Part shown: positions 1-11,540 of the stretch, one piece after another
Position numbering within the stretch: the first letter of the stretch is position 1
Layout: each line of letters starts with the position of its first letter
Assembly (NCBI GenBank): GCA_038845975.1
Contig: JAWBQF010000009.1
Coordinates: 13,073-77,072, forward strand
Direction: 5' to 3'
From: Candidatus Methanomethylicia archaeon
GTDB lineage: Archaea > Thermoproteota > Methanomethylicia > CALHIW01
Length of the DNA stretch: 64,000 nt
Position numbers and translations under genes: made by a program
Notes under the pieces: model-generated
Told to the model about the DNA's origin: nothing
Seen by the model: the letters and a program-made list of their open reading frames with translations, nothing else
The model's database searches: none

Positions 1-263
1 TACTTCAGACATTAAGTTCTGGGGAACTACTAGGAGGATACCATATACTAAAAAGAATAACTAAAACATTAAATATAAGGATAAAGCTCAGTACTTTCTA
101 TACAATACTTAAGGATATGGAAATGAAGGGATATATTAATTCTATAAGTAGTGATGGAAAAAATAGAGTTTATAACATAACTCAAAAAGGTAAAAATGCG
201 CTGAATTTAAGTAAAAAATATTTAAAGACAAAAATAAACGATATTATTTCAAAAACTGAATAA
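1..263 (+). CDS. PadR-family winged-helix regulator, 5'-truncated by window edge
   Basis: Manual translation from nt 3: LQTLSSGELLGGYHILKRI...LSTFYTILKDMEMKGYINS...NRVYNITQKGKNAL, stop TAA 261-263; fits PadR pattern (GY, Y..L..LE..GYI, R.Y.IT.KG). Not in ORF track. Confidence 0.8.
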   Translation, partial: LQTLSSGELLGGYHILKRITKTLNIRIKLSTFYTILKDMEMKGYINSISSDGKNRVYNITQKGKNALNLSKKYLKTKINDIISKTE

Positions 264-347
264 TATAATAGTTGATGATTTAAGTTACAAGATAATTCAT
301 ACGATCTCAAAATCTTTACTAAGTTAGCTAATTTTAATCTAATTATG

Positions 348-1301
348 TTAGTAACTAGAATACTTTACTAGCTTAAGTTTCCTTGCAGCAGCTCGTACCC
401 ATTCTGCTACTTTAACAGCATCTCTTGTTTCTGAAACATCATGTGTTCTGATCACGTTTGCTCCATTTATGATAGCTATTGCCGTTGCTGCTATTGATCC
501 ATAAAGTCTATCCTCCACCATTTCTCTACCTGTTATTGGCCATAAGAATGATTTTCGTGATACACTAATAAGAATTGGGTGATTAAGTGTTTTAAGTCTG
601 TAAAGCCCGGATATTAAAGCTATATCTCTTATATACCATGGAGGATTACTACATCTAATATATCTATTAATCTCATTTATATCAGCTTCTTTAATTTTTC
701 TTTCTGTAAAAACCTGTAATGATGAGGGAAATCCTATGCCTGGATCGATAACTATTTTCTTAGGCTGTATTCCAGCATCATATGCTATATTTAAGCTTTC
801 TCTTAGTATTTGTACAGTGCAATTGATAATATTTGATTTTAAGGGGTTAATGTTATTCATTCTTGCAACAATTACTAAGGAAGCATTATAATCTGCAATT
901 ACCTTAGCCATTTCTAAATCTGCTTTTAAACCAGAGACATCGTTTACAATTTCAACATCATTTTTTAAAGCAGCTTCGGCAACCTTTGAGCTTGTAGTAT
1001 CGATTGATATCGGAACATCAAAACTGTCTTTTATTATTTTAATAGCTCTTATAGCTCGATTCATTTCCTCATCTAGTGGTATATATGTGTTTATGTATGG
1101 TGCTGAGGATCTTGCACCAATATCTATTATATCGGCACCAGAGTTAACCATAATTTCTACTGTAGAAATTACTTCTTCTTTGCTGATTTTTACTGATTTT
1201 TTATAGAATGACTCCGGGCTTACATTAATAATTCCCATAATTCTAACAGGATAGTTTTCGCCGACATGTATCTTTCCTAGAAGTGCATATGTATTCCTCA
1301 T
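348..1301 (-). CDS. folP: Dihydropteroate synthase (FolP/MptH-like)
   Basis: IMGIINVSPESF, DIIDIGARSS, ISIDT, NDVSG, IDPGIGF, SRKSF, RTHDV motifs. Confidence 0.92.
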   Translation of the reverse strand: MRNTYALLGKIHVGENYPVRIMGIINVSPESFYKKSVKISKEEVISTVEIMVNSGADIIDIGARSSAPYINTYIPLDEEMNRAIRAIKIIKDSFDVPISIDTTSSKVAEAALKNDVEIVNDVSGLKADLEMAKVIADYNASLVIVARMNNINPLKSNIINCTVQILRESLNIAYDAGIQPKKIVIDPGIGFPSSLQVFTERKIKEADINEINRYIRCSNPPWYIRDIALISGLYRLKTLNHPILISVSRKSFLWPITGREMVEDRLYGSIAATAIAIINGANVIRTHDVSETRDAVKVAEWVRAAARKLKLVKYSSY

Positions 1302-1492
1302 TAGATTGAAAATTTCGTATAGAATTTAAAGTTACTGTTTACATGTATTTTAGCCTTTATTGGGTATTTCTAGAATTTTCCTCTCTTTACATAGCCTTAA
1401 TTTACCACATGATCTTAAATAGGCTGTGAGTATAAAGTTACTAAGGACAATAGACTTAGTAAATATTAAGCAATTTCGGCATGTTGTTTAAC

Positions 1493-1972
1493 TTAAAGAT
1501 TATACTTTTTAACAATTTCAAGAAGTTTTTCTCTAATGCTGGTTAACATAGTATTGAATTCTTCTAATTTCTGAAGTGCTTTTAAGTCTTCAGTAATTTT
1601 AAGTATTTCACTACTAATCTTAAGTATTTCAATTTCATGAATAATAGGATTCAAATCTGCAATTTTATACATAATCTTAATTCTATTATGTATAGAGTTT
1701 AGCTTTATGATAAGTTCGTTAATGTTTTTATTATCCAATGTTTCAATAATATCTTTAAGCATATTGCCTAATATTTGTTGACATAAAGCTCTAACTTCAT
1801 TATGTTTCAGATATCCGTATGAAAGCAGTATTATTGATACCCCAAGTCTATATGCTTCTCCTCTACTTAAAAAATATCCTTTATTTATAAGTTCATCTAA
1901 TACTTCCACCTTCCATTTATTATCTCTTAATATTAATGTTTGGGAAATTTTTCTACTCATTTCTATAACCAA
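1493..1972 (-). CDS. Hypothetical protein with degenerate N-terminal ribbon-helix-helix domain
   Basis: LDELINKGYFLSRGEAYRLGV resembles RHH helices; helical C-terminus; 159-aa ORF. Confidence 0.6.
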   Translation of the reverse strand: MVIEMSRKISQTLILRDNKWKVEVLDELINKGYFLSRGEAYRLGVSIILLSYGYLKHNEVRALCQQILGNMLKDIIETLDNKNINELIIKLNSIHNRIKIMYKIADLNPIIHEIEILKISSEILKITEDLKALQKLEEFNTMLTSIREKLLEIVKKYNL

Positions 1973-2227
1973 TATACAGTTTACAATTATTATTGAACCC
2001 CCAACTCAATTATATAAATGTTTTCAGATATAGCATCGCATTGCGAACCTTGATTTTATTTGTAGTAATGATCAGTGACTGGAAGTTGCTTGGTGAAGGG
2101 TAAACTCATAAGAAATAAACACTAAAAACCATAGAAGCAATTCAAAATAAATAATGATAAGTATACTAAGTTCATAAGCATTAATTTGTAAAATATAAAT
2201 ACTAGTTTATGTTTATAATAAAATATA

Positions 2228-3433
2228 ATGAAAGAGTTTATTAAAAAAGCAACCGAAACTGTAAAACTCATTAATTCTATTAGAGTAGAAAATGCCTTAG
2301 TAATATATCATGATGATGCTGATGGAATATCAGCAGGAGCTATAATTTCTACAACTTTAAATAGAATGGGGTTAAATGTAAATAGAATCTGTCTTGAAAA
2401 GCTACTTCCAGAAGTGGTTAGGGAAATACATAGTAGTAAAAGGAGAACACATATATTTTACTGTGATATTGGATCACCCCATTGTGATATGATTTCACAA
2501 TATAATAATGGAAGAAACTTAACCATTATTTTAGATCACCATGATCCCAAACCGTCTATTGATCCTATGGTTATAGATTTAAATCTTGAAAATTTTGGCT
2601 TTAAAGGTGAAAGCGATTTTTCAGGTTCTACATGTAGCTTTTTATTTGCTAAAGTAATTAGTGATGAAAATATTGATCTTTCATATCTTGCAATAACTGG
2701 AAGTATAGAGATACCTGAAGGTATTAGAGGAATAAATAGTGATGTTCTTAGTGAAGCATTAAGAAATAAAATAATATTACGGAAAAATGAAAAGTTATAT
2801 GTTCCCAAAATAAACATGTTTATTGATGATTTATTCTCAAAGTTACAAATACTTGGTTCGGCTGGCTACTATAGAGGGGGACCTGAGCTTGGGATTAAGT
2901 TATGCCTTAATGGCGAGACTGAAGAAATAAGTAAAGTAGTTAAAGAACTAGAAAGTAAAAGAAAGAATGCTAATAAAAAAATGCTTTCTAAACTTTATAG
3001 TGAAGGTATTAAGCAAAGTAAGTATACACAATGGTTTGATGCAAATGATATATTCAGTGGCATGGGAACAAAAACCATTGGAACTTTCTGTTCATATTTA
3101 TCATATCAGAAAAAAATTATAAATCCTAATAAGTTCATCGTAGGTTTTATCAATATGTCTTCGGAAATACCAGGATTTGGAGAGATAAAGGAAAAGTATG
3201 TTAAAATATCAATTAGAGCACCAGAACCATTAAAGAGCAAAATCGATGATGGAATAGTACCATCGGCTATAAATATCCTAAGCGTAGTTGTTAATGGACA
3301 TGGTATTGCAGATGGACATACTTATGCTGCAAGTGCTATAGTATATAGAGAGTATAAAGATGAAATTATCAGGAAAATTGATTACTATATTGATAAATAC
3401 AAAGATAAGAGAGGAACTAAAAATATATTCTAG
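2228..3433 (+). CDS. DHH-family phosphoesterase (RecJ/GAN-like)
   Basis: YHDDADG, CDIGS, LDHH motifs; C-terminal DGH..AA DHHA1-like motif. Confidence 0.88.
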   Translation: MKEFIKKATETVKLINSIRVENALVIYHDDADGISAGAIISTTLNRMGLNVNRICLEKLLPEVVREIHSSKRRTHIFYCDIGSPHCDMISQYNNGRNLTIILDHHDPKPSIDPMVIDLNLENFGFKGESDFSGSTCSFLFAKVISDENIDLSYLAITGSIEIPEGIRGINSDVLSEALRNKIILRKNEKLYVPKINMFIDDLFSKLQILGSAGYYRGGPELGIKLCLNGETEEISKVVKELESKRKNANKKMLSKLYSEGIKQSKYTQWFDANDIFSGMGTKTIGTFCSYLSYQKKIINPNKFIVGFINMSSEIPGFGEIKEKYVKISIRAPEPLKSKIDDGIVPSAINILSVVVNGHGIADGHTYAASAIVYREYKDEIIRKIDYYIDKYKDKRGTKNIF

Positions 3434-3471
3434 AATTTTAGAGCTAAAATTAACATGATTTCAAGATAAAA

Positions 3472-4929
3472 CTACCATTTATTACCTATAGTCCTGATTA
3501 GAACATAAATATAAGGTAAACCAAATAGTAATAAACATGTTGCTGATAGAATATATCCCTTAAGAAGCATTACTATTGAGGATAGATAACATACAGTACT
3601 TAATATAACTTCTGATTTCTCAACATCTTTAAATTTATTTGAGAATTTACCTTTAGGTGTAACGTGCCATACTTCTTTTATCTTTAAAAGGGCTTTCAAT
3701 GATGATATAAATACTACTAATGCAAGAGCTCCAGTAACTGCTGCATTCCTACCTATATCTATTATTCTCCTCCTTTTCGAATAAGCTATTACATCACGTG
3801 TTGAATGATAATAAACTAAAGCATATATAGAAATAAAAGGTATTAAAGATACTAGATAATACATATTCATAGATAATACATCAAAATCTAACACTAAAGA
3901 AGATAATGAAAGGATAATTAAAATAATATTAAGTAAAAGAGCATGATATTGAATTACATGAAAAATAATCTCAAATTTCCATCTCAATGGAATATTTGAT
4001 TTAATTATATTCCAAAAATTATTCATAAAAACTTGAGTTGCACCGTAAACCCATCGTTTTTGCTGCTTTTTAAGAGCATGATATGTTTCAGGAACTTCAA
4101 TAGGTAATTCAACATCATATAAATATTTTATCTTATTACCGTTAATCAATAATTTAATGGATAAATCAATATCTTCAATAAGTGTACCCTCTGGCCAGCC
4201 ACCAATATTTTCTAACACTTTTTTCCGAATGACACATCCATTACCTGTTAAAAAAATTGGGCTGCCCAAAGCTTCTCTACCATCGAATAATACTTTACTT
4301 AGGAAATTCAGGGATAGTGCCTGAGCTTCTGAGATCGGTGTACTTAGAGTATTGTATGGCTTCCATCTTACTATTAATGCAGCAAATTCCTTGTTAAATT
4401 CTAGATAATTAATTGTTTTAGTTAGGAAGTTGGATGGAGGCTTTGAATCAACATCAAATACAACTATATACTCGCCTTTACTTTCACACAAAAGGCGATT
4501 TAGAGCCCCTGCCTTAAATCCACTATATGAGCTTCTAGATAGAACTTTAATGTTTAATCCGTTTTCTACATATTCTTTTACTAGTTTTCTAACATTTTGT
4601 ACATAAATTTCATCATCATCGCTAAGTATTAGCAATTCAAATGCTGAAGTAGGATAGTTTAACTTTTTAATATTTTCTATAAATTGCTTAATTAGATCAA
4701 TAGGCTCTGATCTTACTGGTAGATGTATGGAGACAAACGGATGATTTTCTGTAATAAGCATAGAATTGTTTTCTAAATTAGGCTTCAATTTAAAGCTATA
4801 TAGGTAATAGATTATATGAGATAAAACTATAATTATTACTAAAGAAACAACAATAATTACTATGGCCTTTATGATGAAAGCTATAGAAAGGAATGAAGAT
4901 ACATATCTAATTATGTTAAGCTCTAGCAT
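3472..4929 (-). CDS. Processive membrane GT2 glycosyltransferase (cellulose synthase-like)
   Basis: GFKAGALN, FDVD, IED and QQKRW (D,D,D,QxxRW) motifs; several TM helices. Confidence 0.9.
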   Translation of the reverse strand: MLELNIIRYVSSFLSIAFIIKAIVIIVVSLVIIIVLSHIIYYLYSFKLKPNLENNSMLITENHPFVSIHLPVRSEPIDLIKQFIENIKKLNYPTSAFELLILSDDDEIYVQNVRKLVKEYVENGLNIKVLSRSSYSGFKAGALNRLLCESKGEYIVVFDVDSKPPSNFLTKTINYLEFNKEFAALIVRWKPYNTLSTPISEAQALSLNFLSKVLFDGREALGSPIFLTGNGCVIRKKVLENIGGWPEGTLIEDIDLSIKLLINGNKIKYLYDVELPIEVPETYHALKKQQKRWVYGATQVFMNNFWNIIKSNIPLRWKFEIIFHVIQYHALLLNIILIILSLSSLVLDFDVLSMNMYYLVSLIPFISIYALVYYHSTRDVIAYSKRRRIIDIGRNAAVTGALALVVFISSLKALLKIKEVWHVTPKGKFSNKFKDVEKSEVILSTVCYLSSIVMLLKGYILSATCLLLFGLPYIYVLIRTIGNKW

Positions 4930-5499
4930 GATATAAGATGTTATAAAACGTATTTAAATTCTTCTTATGTCTACTAAAATTTTCTATAGGTCTATGTACT
5001 GAAATGTTCTAGTACATAATGTATCCTTATCTCTAATTATATAGTAATCTTATTATTGAAGGGTAAGAACTGATTTTAAGAGAAACCCTGGTAAGTTAAT
5101 TAATATAACCAGTAAATAAGCCTAATCAGCTATATAATTTTCTATTGTAAATTAAGTAATTTTAAGTGTTTTCTCTAGGATATTGGGGAGTATAAGTTGG
5201 AGAAAGTAAGTATGTGTGGAAGCATTTTTCCCTCTCTAAATACGTACTCTTCAATACTAGTGGCTCCATAAGTCTATCTATTTATGTCTTTGGATTACCG
5301 TTGAATTTTAATACTAAAGCTTCATGAAGCTCAAAATAATTTAAGAGAAGATACCTAATCTTCTTTTACTCGGTGAAGTATAGTTTACTCAAAGTATTTG
5401 TTGTTTTATTATTCTTTACTCATTGGTTTATGCAGTTCTCATACTCTTCTGACTGAGACTTATGTGTTGGCTTCTTAAGTTTGTTGATGGTTCTATAGG

Positions 5500-5665
5500 T
5501 AAGCTTATTCACTCTTACAACAACATCCTATAAACCTAAATAATACTTTAGAAATCCATCAAACTAACATCTACATGAATACTATACCAGATTAACATCT
5601 AATAAAACCCTAACACCAACATGAAAAATAAACAATAGAACCTATACAACTTATTAAGCTGTCAG
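5500..5665. repeat. Decayed mobile-element end, related to 16273-16473
   Basis: Shared blocks taagcttattca, tataaacctaaataatac, atgaatactata, aacatgaaa..taaacaata. Confidence 0.65.
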
Positions 5666-5677
5666 ATCCGTTTTATA

Positions 5678-5737
5678 GGTTCTGTAAACCTTAGATATGA
5701 AAAGTACACGTAATTGATTGCTTAAGTCCACAAGGCA
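5678..5737 (+). mobile_element. ~60-bp IS6-derived mini-MITE
   Basis: Ends ggttctgtaaacct / aagtccacaaggca resemble the IS6 TIR; second copy at 25921-25978. Confidence 0.6.
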
Positions 5738-6211
5738 GTTTATATATTCTCATTGCAGCTTATATAATGCTATTAAATGAGGTTAATATGAGAAGTGATT
5801 ATCGTAGACGTCGTTGTAAATCATGTCTTAAGGCTTTTAATAATAAATTTTAATAATAAAAACTATAGTAATTAGTGAAAACTCTATATGTCTATGTTTC
5901 ATGCAGTTTAATTTACCACTATGTTGAATTTACAGTTTCTTTAAGATTTTTAGGACTGCTAGAACCCTTAAAGGAATTTAAACACCACCTTAAACAATAG
6001 AGTTTCTAGACAATTTATATAGAGGCAAAGTATAAAAATTTCATAAAAAATATTATATTTGTAGTACGAATACAATGGTGCTTTAATCTCTAAAGAATTA
6101 TAGCTGCTGGCTTATCAATATAGAGTAAGAATATGCTAAATAAAAATCTAAGTTAACGGATACAAAACATTATTAGAAATAAATTTAAGAACGCTATAGA
6201 AATTAGTTAAT

Positions 6212-6880
6212 ATGGGATTGATTGAGCTAGAGAATTTAGTTAAGGAGTGGAGAAAAGGACCTTCTGGACCATTGCCTAAGATAAATTTAATGAAGCTTAT
6301 TTCAGCAACCATAATGATTAGTTGGTATAAACCCATAGGGAGGTATCTTCTATCAGAGCTTACTAATGTTCCTCAAGGAGTTATGAGGGGGCTTCTTAAA
6401 AGACTACAGAATAGTAATTATGTGATGATGAGTAAAAGAGGAGCAATATTAACACCACTAGGGGAAAAAATTCTTAATGAGACGCTAAATGACCTCAAAA
6501 TAAATAGAATAAACAAATTAAATGCAGAGGAAATGAAGTCTTTAGTGCAAGGGAAGTGTATTATAGGAGTTTGTATAAGGAAAGTTGCAAATAACATAAA
6601 AAGTGGAGTGGAGCAGAGAGATGAGGCAATAAAACATGGTGCTAGAGGAGCTACTACAATTGTATGTAAAAGCAATGATTTACGCATACCACCTACATAT
6701 GAAAGTCTAAAGCAATTATCACCAAACATATATAGATTATTAATGGTTAAGTTTAATCCTGAAGACGATGATGTAATAATAATCTCATGGAATGATAAGG
6801 AAGGAATAGTTCTGGAAGGAATAGTATCAGCTGTGATATTAACATTGGGATTAAAAACCTTATTAAATCAAAATATATAA
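6212..6880 (+). CDS. Winged-helix protein with DUF4443-like C-terminal domain, putative regulator
   Basis: PIGR..LS..R.LL..L wHTH; GVEQRDEAIKHGARGATT motif. Confidence 0.75.
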   Translation: MGLIELENLVKEWRKGPSGPLPKINLMKLISATIMISWYKPIGRYLLSELTNVPQGVMRGLLKRLQNSNYVMMSKRGAILTPLGEKILNETLNDLKINRINKLNAEEMKSLVQGKCIIGVCIRKVANNIKSGVEQRDEAIKHGARGATTIVCKSNDLRIPPTYESLKQLSPNIYRLLMVKFNPEDDDVIIISWNDKEGIVLEGIVSAVILTLGLKTLLNQNI

Positions 6881-6945
6881 TTATATGTCTTTATAGCTGA
6901 TATTTAGCAGCTTAATAGGATGTTCAATTAATCTTTCATAGAATT

Positions 6946-7860
6946 TTACATGTTATGTTTTATGTATTTATAAGCTGATAAAGCTGCAACAACACCATCA
7001 CCTACTGCAGTAGCAACTTGGAAACCTCTACCAGTACAATCTCCAGCTGCAAATATACCTAGAATATTTGTTTTTTGGTTACTATCAGTAACTATGAATT
7101 TTTGCTCATTAATTTTTAGCCCTATTTTTTCGAATAATGCTGTTGATGGAATACCATTCTTTGCTACAAACACAGCATTCACATTTATTATTTTTATTTC
7201 ATTTTTAGTCATGACTTTAACAGCTTCTACGTTATTTTTTCCTTCAATTGAAATTAACTTACCATTAAAAATAATCTCAACCTTTCCTGATGATAAAACA
7301 TGCTCAATTAAATGTTTAGGTACAGTGAGGTGCTCGCTATCAGGAATCCAATAAACTTTTTTGGCAGTACTGGTTAAATATAAAGCCTCCTCAGCTGTTC
7401 TTTCAGTATTACCAATTAGAGCAACAACCGTATTTTTGTACAATAAGGCATCACATACAGCACAGTAGGAGACTCCATGACCAAAAAGCCTCTCTTCACC
7501 AGGAACATTAATACGAGCTTTTTCTAATCCAGTAGCGATTATCAGAGCTTTTGCAATATATGTTTCCCCATTTCTAGTTGAAATGGTTTTGAGGTTATCC
7601 ATTATCGATACCGATACCACTTCAACAGGGTACACTATTTTAGCCCCAAACTTTAGAGCTTGTCTATAAAAGAGCTCTGCTAATTCTATTCCTTTAATAC
7701 CATTAGGAAAGCCAGGGTAGTTCTCTAATTTTGGTATTTCAGTCATTTTGCCACCTATAACTCCTTTTTCTAAAACTATGGTTTTTAATCTAAGCCTTGA
7801 GCAATAAATAGCGGCTGATAATCCTGCTGGCCCTGCTCCGATAATACATACATCAAACAT
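6946..7860 (-). CDS. trxB: Thioredoxin reductase
   Basis: GAGPAG, ENYPGF, GVSYCAVCD, FAAGD. Confidence 0.92.
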   Translation of the reverse strand: MFDVCIIGAGPAGLSAAIYCSRLRLKTIVLEKGVIGGKMTEIPKLENYPGFPNGIKGIELAELFYRQALKFGAKIVYPVEVVSVSIMDNLKTISTRNGETYIAKALIIATGLEKARINVPGEERLFGHGVSYCAVCDALLYKNTVVALIGNTERTAEEALYLTSTAKKVYWIPDSEHLTVPKHLIEHVLSSGKVEIIFNGKLISIEGKNNVEAVKVMTKNEIKIINVNAVFVAKNGIPSTALFEKIGLKINEQKFIVTDSNQKTNILGIFAAGDCTGRGFQVATAVGDGVVAALSAYKYIKHNM

Positions 7861-7909
7861 TACAATACGTTATAGTAGAGACATTTATAAAGATTATGTA
7901 AGCTGTGAC

Positions 7910-8610
7910 GGCTTTGTTAACTTAAGCATGTTTATTACCTCCATTTTTGGTATTATGTTTTCTATGAATTCCTTAGCTTTTATTTTCCTTATCCATGCTT
8001 GTTTAGTATGTATGCTATTGACTTCATAAGCATTAATGCATGCTTATCATCACATTTATCCTTCATGTTATGTAGGTTATCGAATAGCTTAATTCTATCC
8101 TTAATATACTGTATTATTCTCTCCATTAGATTCCTAACCTCTAAACCATATAATGTTTTAATTAATATTTTACATGATTCTTATAATAATGAACCCCATC
8201 ACTTAATACAACTAAGAACCGTAAATAGCTCTAATTTTCTAATGTTAGTGATGTAAGTATGTTGCAACATCACAAACCCATACATATAGAATCCTTCTCA
8301 ATAATGGCTCGAATGCAACATAAATAACCTTACTCTTAAAACCTACTTACAATAGTATCATCAACCATAACAATCCTAACATCCCTCCTATCAAAATCAA
8401 TAGAAGATTAAGATAAACCATAATATGGATACATAACCTAAAACAATAAACTAAATATCTGAAGCCATCCTAGAAGAACGAAAACATATATGAGCAACAT
8501 AACAACTAGAGTAAATGGAGTTCCCTCCCTAACAAACCTAACAACTTTAACCATAGATTCACCGTAAACAAGGGAGAGAGCTCCCAAATAAATCTAAAGT
8601 TAACAAAGCC
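7910..8610 (-). mobile_element. IS6-family element, near full length, frameshifted transposase
   Basis: Perfect 14-bp TIR GGCTTTGTTAACTT/AAGTTAACAAAGCC; colinear with 21098-21832. Confidence 0.88.
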
Positions 8611-8812
8611 TATTGACTCAATGATAAAACATAAAAGAGGAAGAAATACACTATAAACATTAGATTACAGCTTTCAATTTATTGAAATCATTATAGTATA
8701 TTAAAATCAAGGCCACAAACTTAACAAATTGGAGTCAATATATCTAAAAATTAATTAAAACTCTTACATCATGAATAATCAAGTTTAATAGCCTAGTTTT
8801 AAATTACTATTT

Positions 8813-9469
8813 ATGTTAGTAGGAGTTGAAAGAGGAAGATGGCTTAAGGCTGATTTACATATTCATTCTATATACTCGGAAGATAGCTCATTAACAATTG
8901 AGCAAATTATAACTACTTGTAGAAGGCAGAGCTTTGATATAATATCAATAACAGATCATAATACATTTGAGGGGGCATTAAAAGCTAGTAGTTATGCAAA
9001 GAACTATAATGATATCACTATTCTAATAGGAATTGAAATAATGACTAACTTAGGTGAATTAATAGTTATTGGTGATGGCCCATTTGACGTATCGTATGAT
9101 GCGTATGAGTTAATAGACATAGCACATTCTATGGGTTATTTAGTTATAGCTCCTCATCCATATGATATCTGGAGAAAGGGTGTAAGAGATCATATTTATA
9201 ACTTAAACATAGATGCTATTGAGGTTTATAATACATCCTCGAGTGGTAAGGCAGTGGAAAAAGCATTAAATGTAGCAAAGGCACTAAGTAAACCAGCTAT
9301 TGGATCTAGCGATGCACATACAGTAAGGGAACTTAATACCTCGTATACAGTTATACATTCTATTGATAATGTTATAAATGTTAAAACAATTATTGATAGT
9401 ATTAAAACTGGAAAAGTTAAACCTTATTTTAGATCAGTAAGTAGAATTTTCAGTCGTTTATTTAGATGA
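8813..9469 (+). CDS. PHP-domain metal-dependent phosphoesterase
   Basis: DLHIHS, ITDHN, GIE, APHP, SSDAH. Confidence 0.92.
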   Translation: MLVGVERGRWLKADLHIHSIYSEDSSLTIEQIITTCRRQSFDIISITDHNTFEGALKASSYAKNYNDITILIGIEIMTNLGELIVIGDGPFDVSYDAYELIDIAHSMGYLVIAPHPYDIWRKGVRDHIYNLNIDAIEVYNTSSSGKAVEKALNVAKALSKPAIGSSDAHTVRELNTSYTVIHSIDNVINVKTIIDSIKTGKVKPYFRSVSRIFSRLFR

Positions 9470-9519
9470 TCTACTCACTTTTAATAAAATTTATTTAACT
9501 GATTATTTACGTTTTACTG

Positions 9520-9935
9520 AGCTTTGTTAACTTAAGCATGTTGATTACTCTATTTTGTTTTGTGTTTCTATGAATTCTTAGCTTTATCTTCTTATTAATC
9601 CATATCTTGTTTAATAAGTATACTATTGATTTTATAAGCATTAATACATATTCACCATCACACTTATCCTTCATAATTGTATACAATTACCCCTTCTCAT
9701 ATCAAACTTAATGGAAGCTTAAAGATTTAAACCACGACAATATGGATGCATAACTCCTACAACAATAAACAAAATATCTGAAACCATACTAGACAAACAT
9801 GAACAGAAATATATAAGCAACATAACAACTAGAGTAAATGGAGTTCCCTCCCTAACAAACCTAACAACTTTAACCATAGATTCACCATAAATAGGGAAGA
9901 GAAAACTCTCAAATAAAGCTAAAGTTAACAAAGCC
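9520..9935 (-). mobile_element. IS6-family internal-deletion derivative (416 bp)
   Basis: Both TIRs present; same deletion junction as 37163-37585; ORF 9719-9931 is transposase N-terminus. Confidence 0.88.
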
Positions 9936-10198
9936 TTTGCTATAGGGTAGAACTTTTATCATTATTATAATAGCATTGTTGTCAATTTTGTTTTTGCTAT
10001 ATGTTTAACGTTTATATCTTGTGTTTCATATGTACTCTGTGTTTATTTTATAGTAGATGTACATGTAAGTTGGTATTTCCTTTTTAGGTTTAGGAGTTTC
10101 GCAAACTTAAATAGAACTGTATTGGAGCTTGTTACTTTAATAGAAATTAAATGAAGAAAAAATCCGCTTCAGTTAGGATAGTAGTGAAGCTGTATAGT

Positions 10199-10906
10199 TC
10201 ATATTATTGTTTCTAGATACTTATTTAGATCTTCATACACAACGTTTCCAACAACTATGGTAGCATATTTAGACATCGTTAACGCCTTATTCCTTGAATT
10301 TATTCCTCCACCATAAAATAGTTTAGCATTAACTATGTTTTCACTTACTGCCTTTACAAATTCTGGATTTCCAAACACCCCACTATATTCAATATACACA
10401 ATTGGAAAAGATAGGTATTGTTCAGCATAAATTGCGTATGCTACAACATCATCTATGGTCAAGTCAGTATCAGCTTCTGTTACTTTAGCAACAGATGATT
10501 TAGGATTTAAAACTATATATGCTTCACCAACTACCTTATTCCATGGAATTTCAACATTTTTTCTTCGTTCATTCTTAATCCATTCGACTATTGCTTTAGA
10601 AATCCATATTATATTTTTAGTATTTAGTACTGATGGTATGAAAAGATAGTCTATGTTTGTAAATGTTACACATTCTGGATTTGATGGTTCAAGAACTATT
10701 GGAATAGATTTTCTATATTCTGTTATTTTGGAAATTAACTTTTCAACTTTTTCACGTGTTACATTTAATGTACCACCTATGATTATAGCATCTGTTCCGC
10801 TATTAACTACTGTTGAAATGATTTCTTCAGTGTTTAGTCTGTCAGGATCAAGCTTGGTGACATGCTTCCAATTCTTCCATTCTTTTAGAGACATAAATGT
10901 TATCAC
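10199..10906 (-). CDS. Geranylgeranylglyceryl phosphate synthase, group I (PcrB-like)
   Basis: WKHVTKLDPD, GTDAIIIGG, YIVLNP, YIEYSG, LFYGGGI, VVGN. Confidence 0.9.
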   Translation of the reverse strand: MITFMSLKEWKNWKHVTKLDPDRLNTEEIISTVVNSGTDAIIIGGTLNVTREKVEKLISKITEYRKSIPIVLEPSNPECVTFTNIDYLFIPSVLNTKNIIWISKAIVEWIKNERRKNVEIPWNKVVGEAYIVLNPKSSVAKVTEADTDLTIDDVVAYAIYAEQYLSFPIVYIEYSGVFGNPEFVKAVSENIVNAKLFYGGGINSRNKALTMSKYATIVVGNVVYEDLNKYLETII

Positions 10907-10945
10907 TGGAGCAAACTAATAAACATTATTAATATTTAAGTTAAG

Positions 10946-11419
10946 TTATGTTAATTGCTTTAAAACATCACTTATAAACATTAGTCTACCACAATAAAAA
11001 CAGCGTAATGTTAACTTAATTTTGTCTTCTACTAGGAATTTTGAAGTTAAAGATTCTCTTTCATAATTTGTTATGCAGGAAGGGTTTTGACACTTTAAAA
11101 CCCCTTCAAATTTCTCTGGTAATTCTACTTTTACTTTCTCAATTACATCATAATTTTTTACTATGTTTATAGTAGCATTTGGAGCTATTAATGCTATCAA
11201 ATTAAGTTCATCTTTAAGTAGATATCTATTCTCGATTTTTATAATGTCTTTCTTACCTAATTTTCTACTTTCAACATTCATCGCTATTAACACTACGTTT
11301 CCTTCCTTACCTGTTATTCTAACTATTTTTAGAATATCTAATGCTTTTCCGGAAGGAATATGGTCTATTACAGTTCCATTCATAATTTTTTTAACTTTTA
11401 ATTCACTGCTATTAGTCAT
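10946..11419 (-). CDS. pyrI: Aspartate carbamoyltransferase regulatory chain
   Basis: GTVIDHI, KDIIKIE, CQNPSCI...CFYC. Confidence 0.96.
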   Translation of the reverse strand: MTNSSELKVKKIMNGTVIDHIPSGKALDILKIVRITGKEGNVVLIAMNVESRKLGKKDIIKIENRYLLKDELNLIALIAPNATINIVKNYDVIEKVKVELPEKFEGVLKCQNPSCITNYERESLTSKFLVEDKIKLTLRCFYCGRLMFISDVLKQLT

Positions 11420-11540
11420 AAATACCTATAGTTAAAGTATAACTATTCTAAATTAATTTAATGCTACCACTAATGTCAGCTACAAAAATCCTATTAAAGG
11501 GCTTTGCTGTTTAGCAAGATCATAAATATCTGAAAGTACT

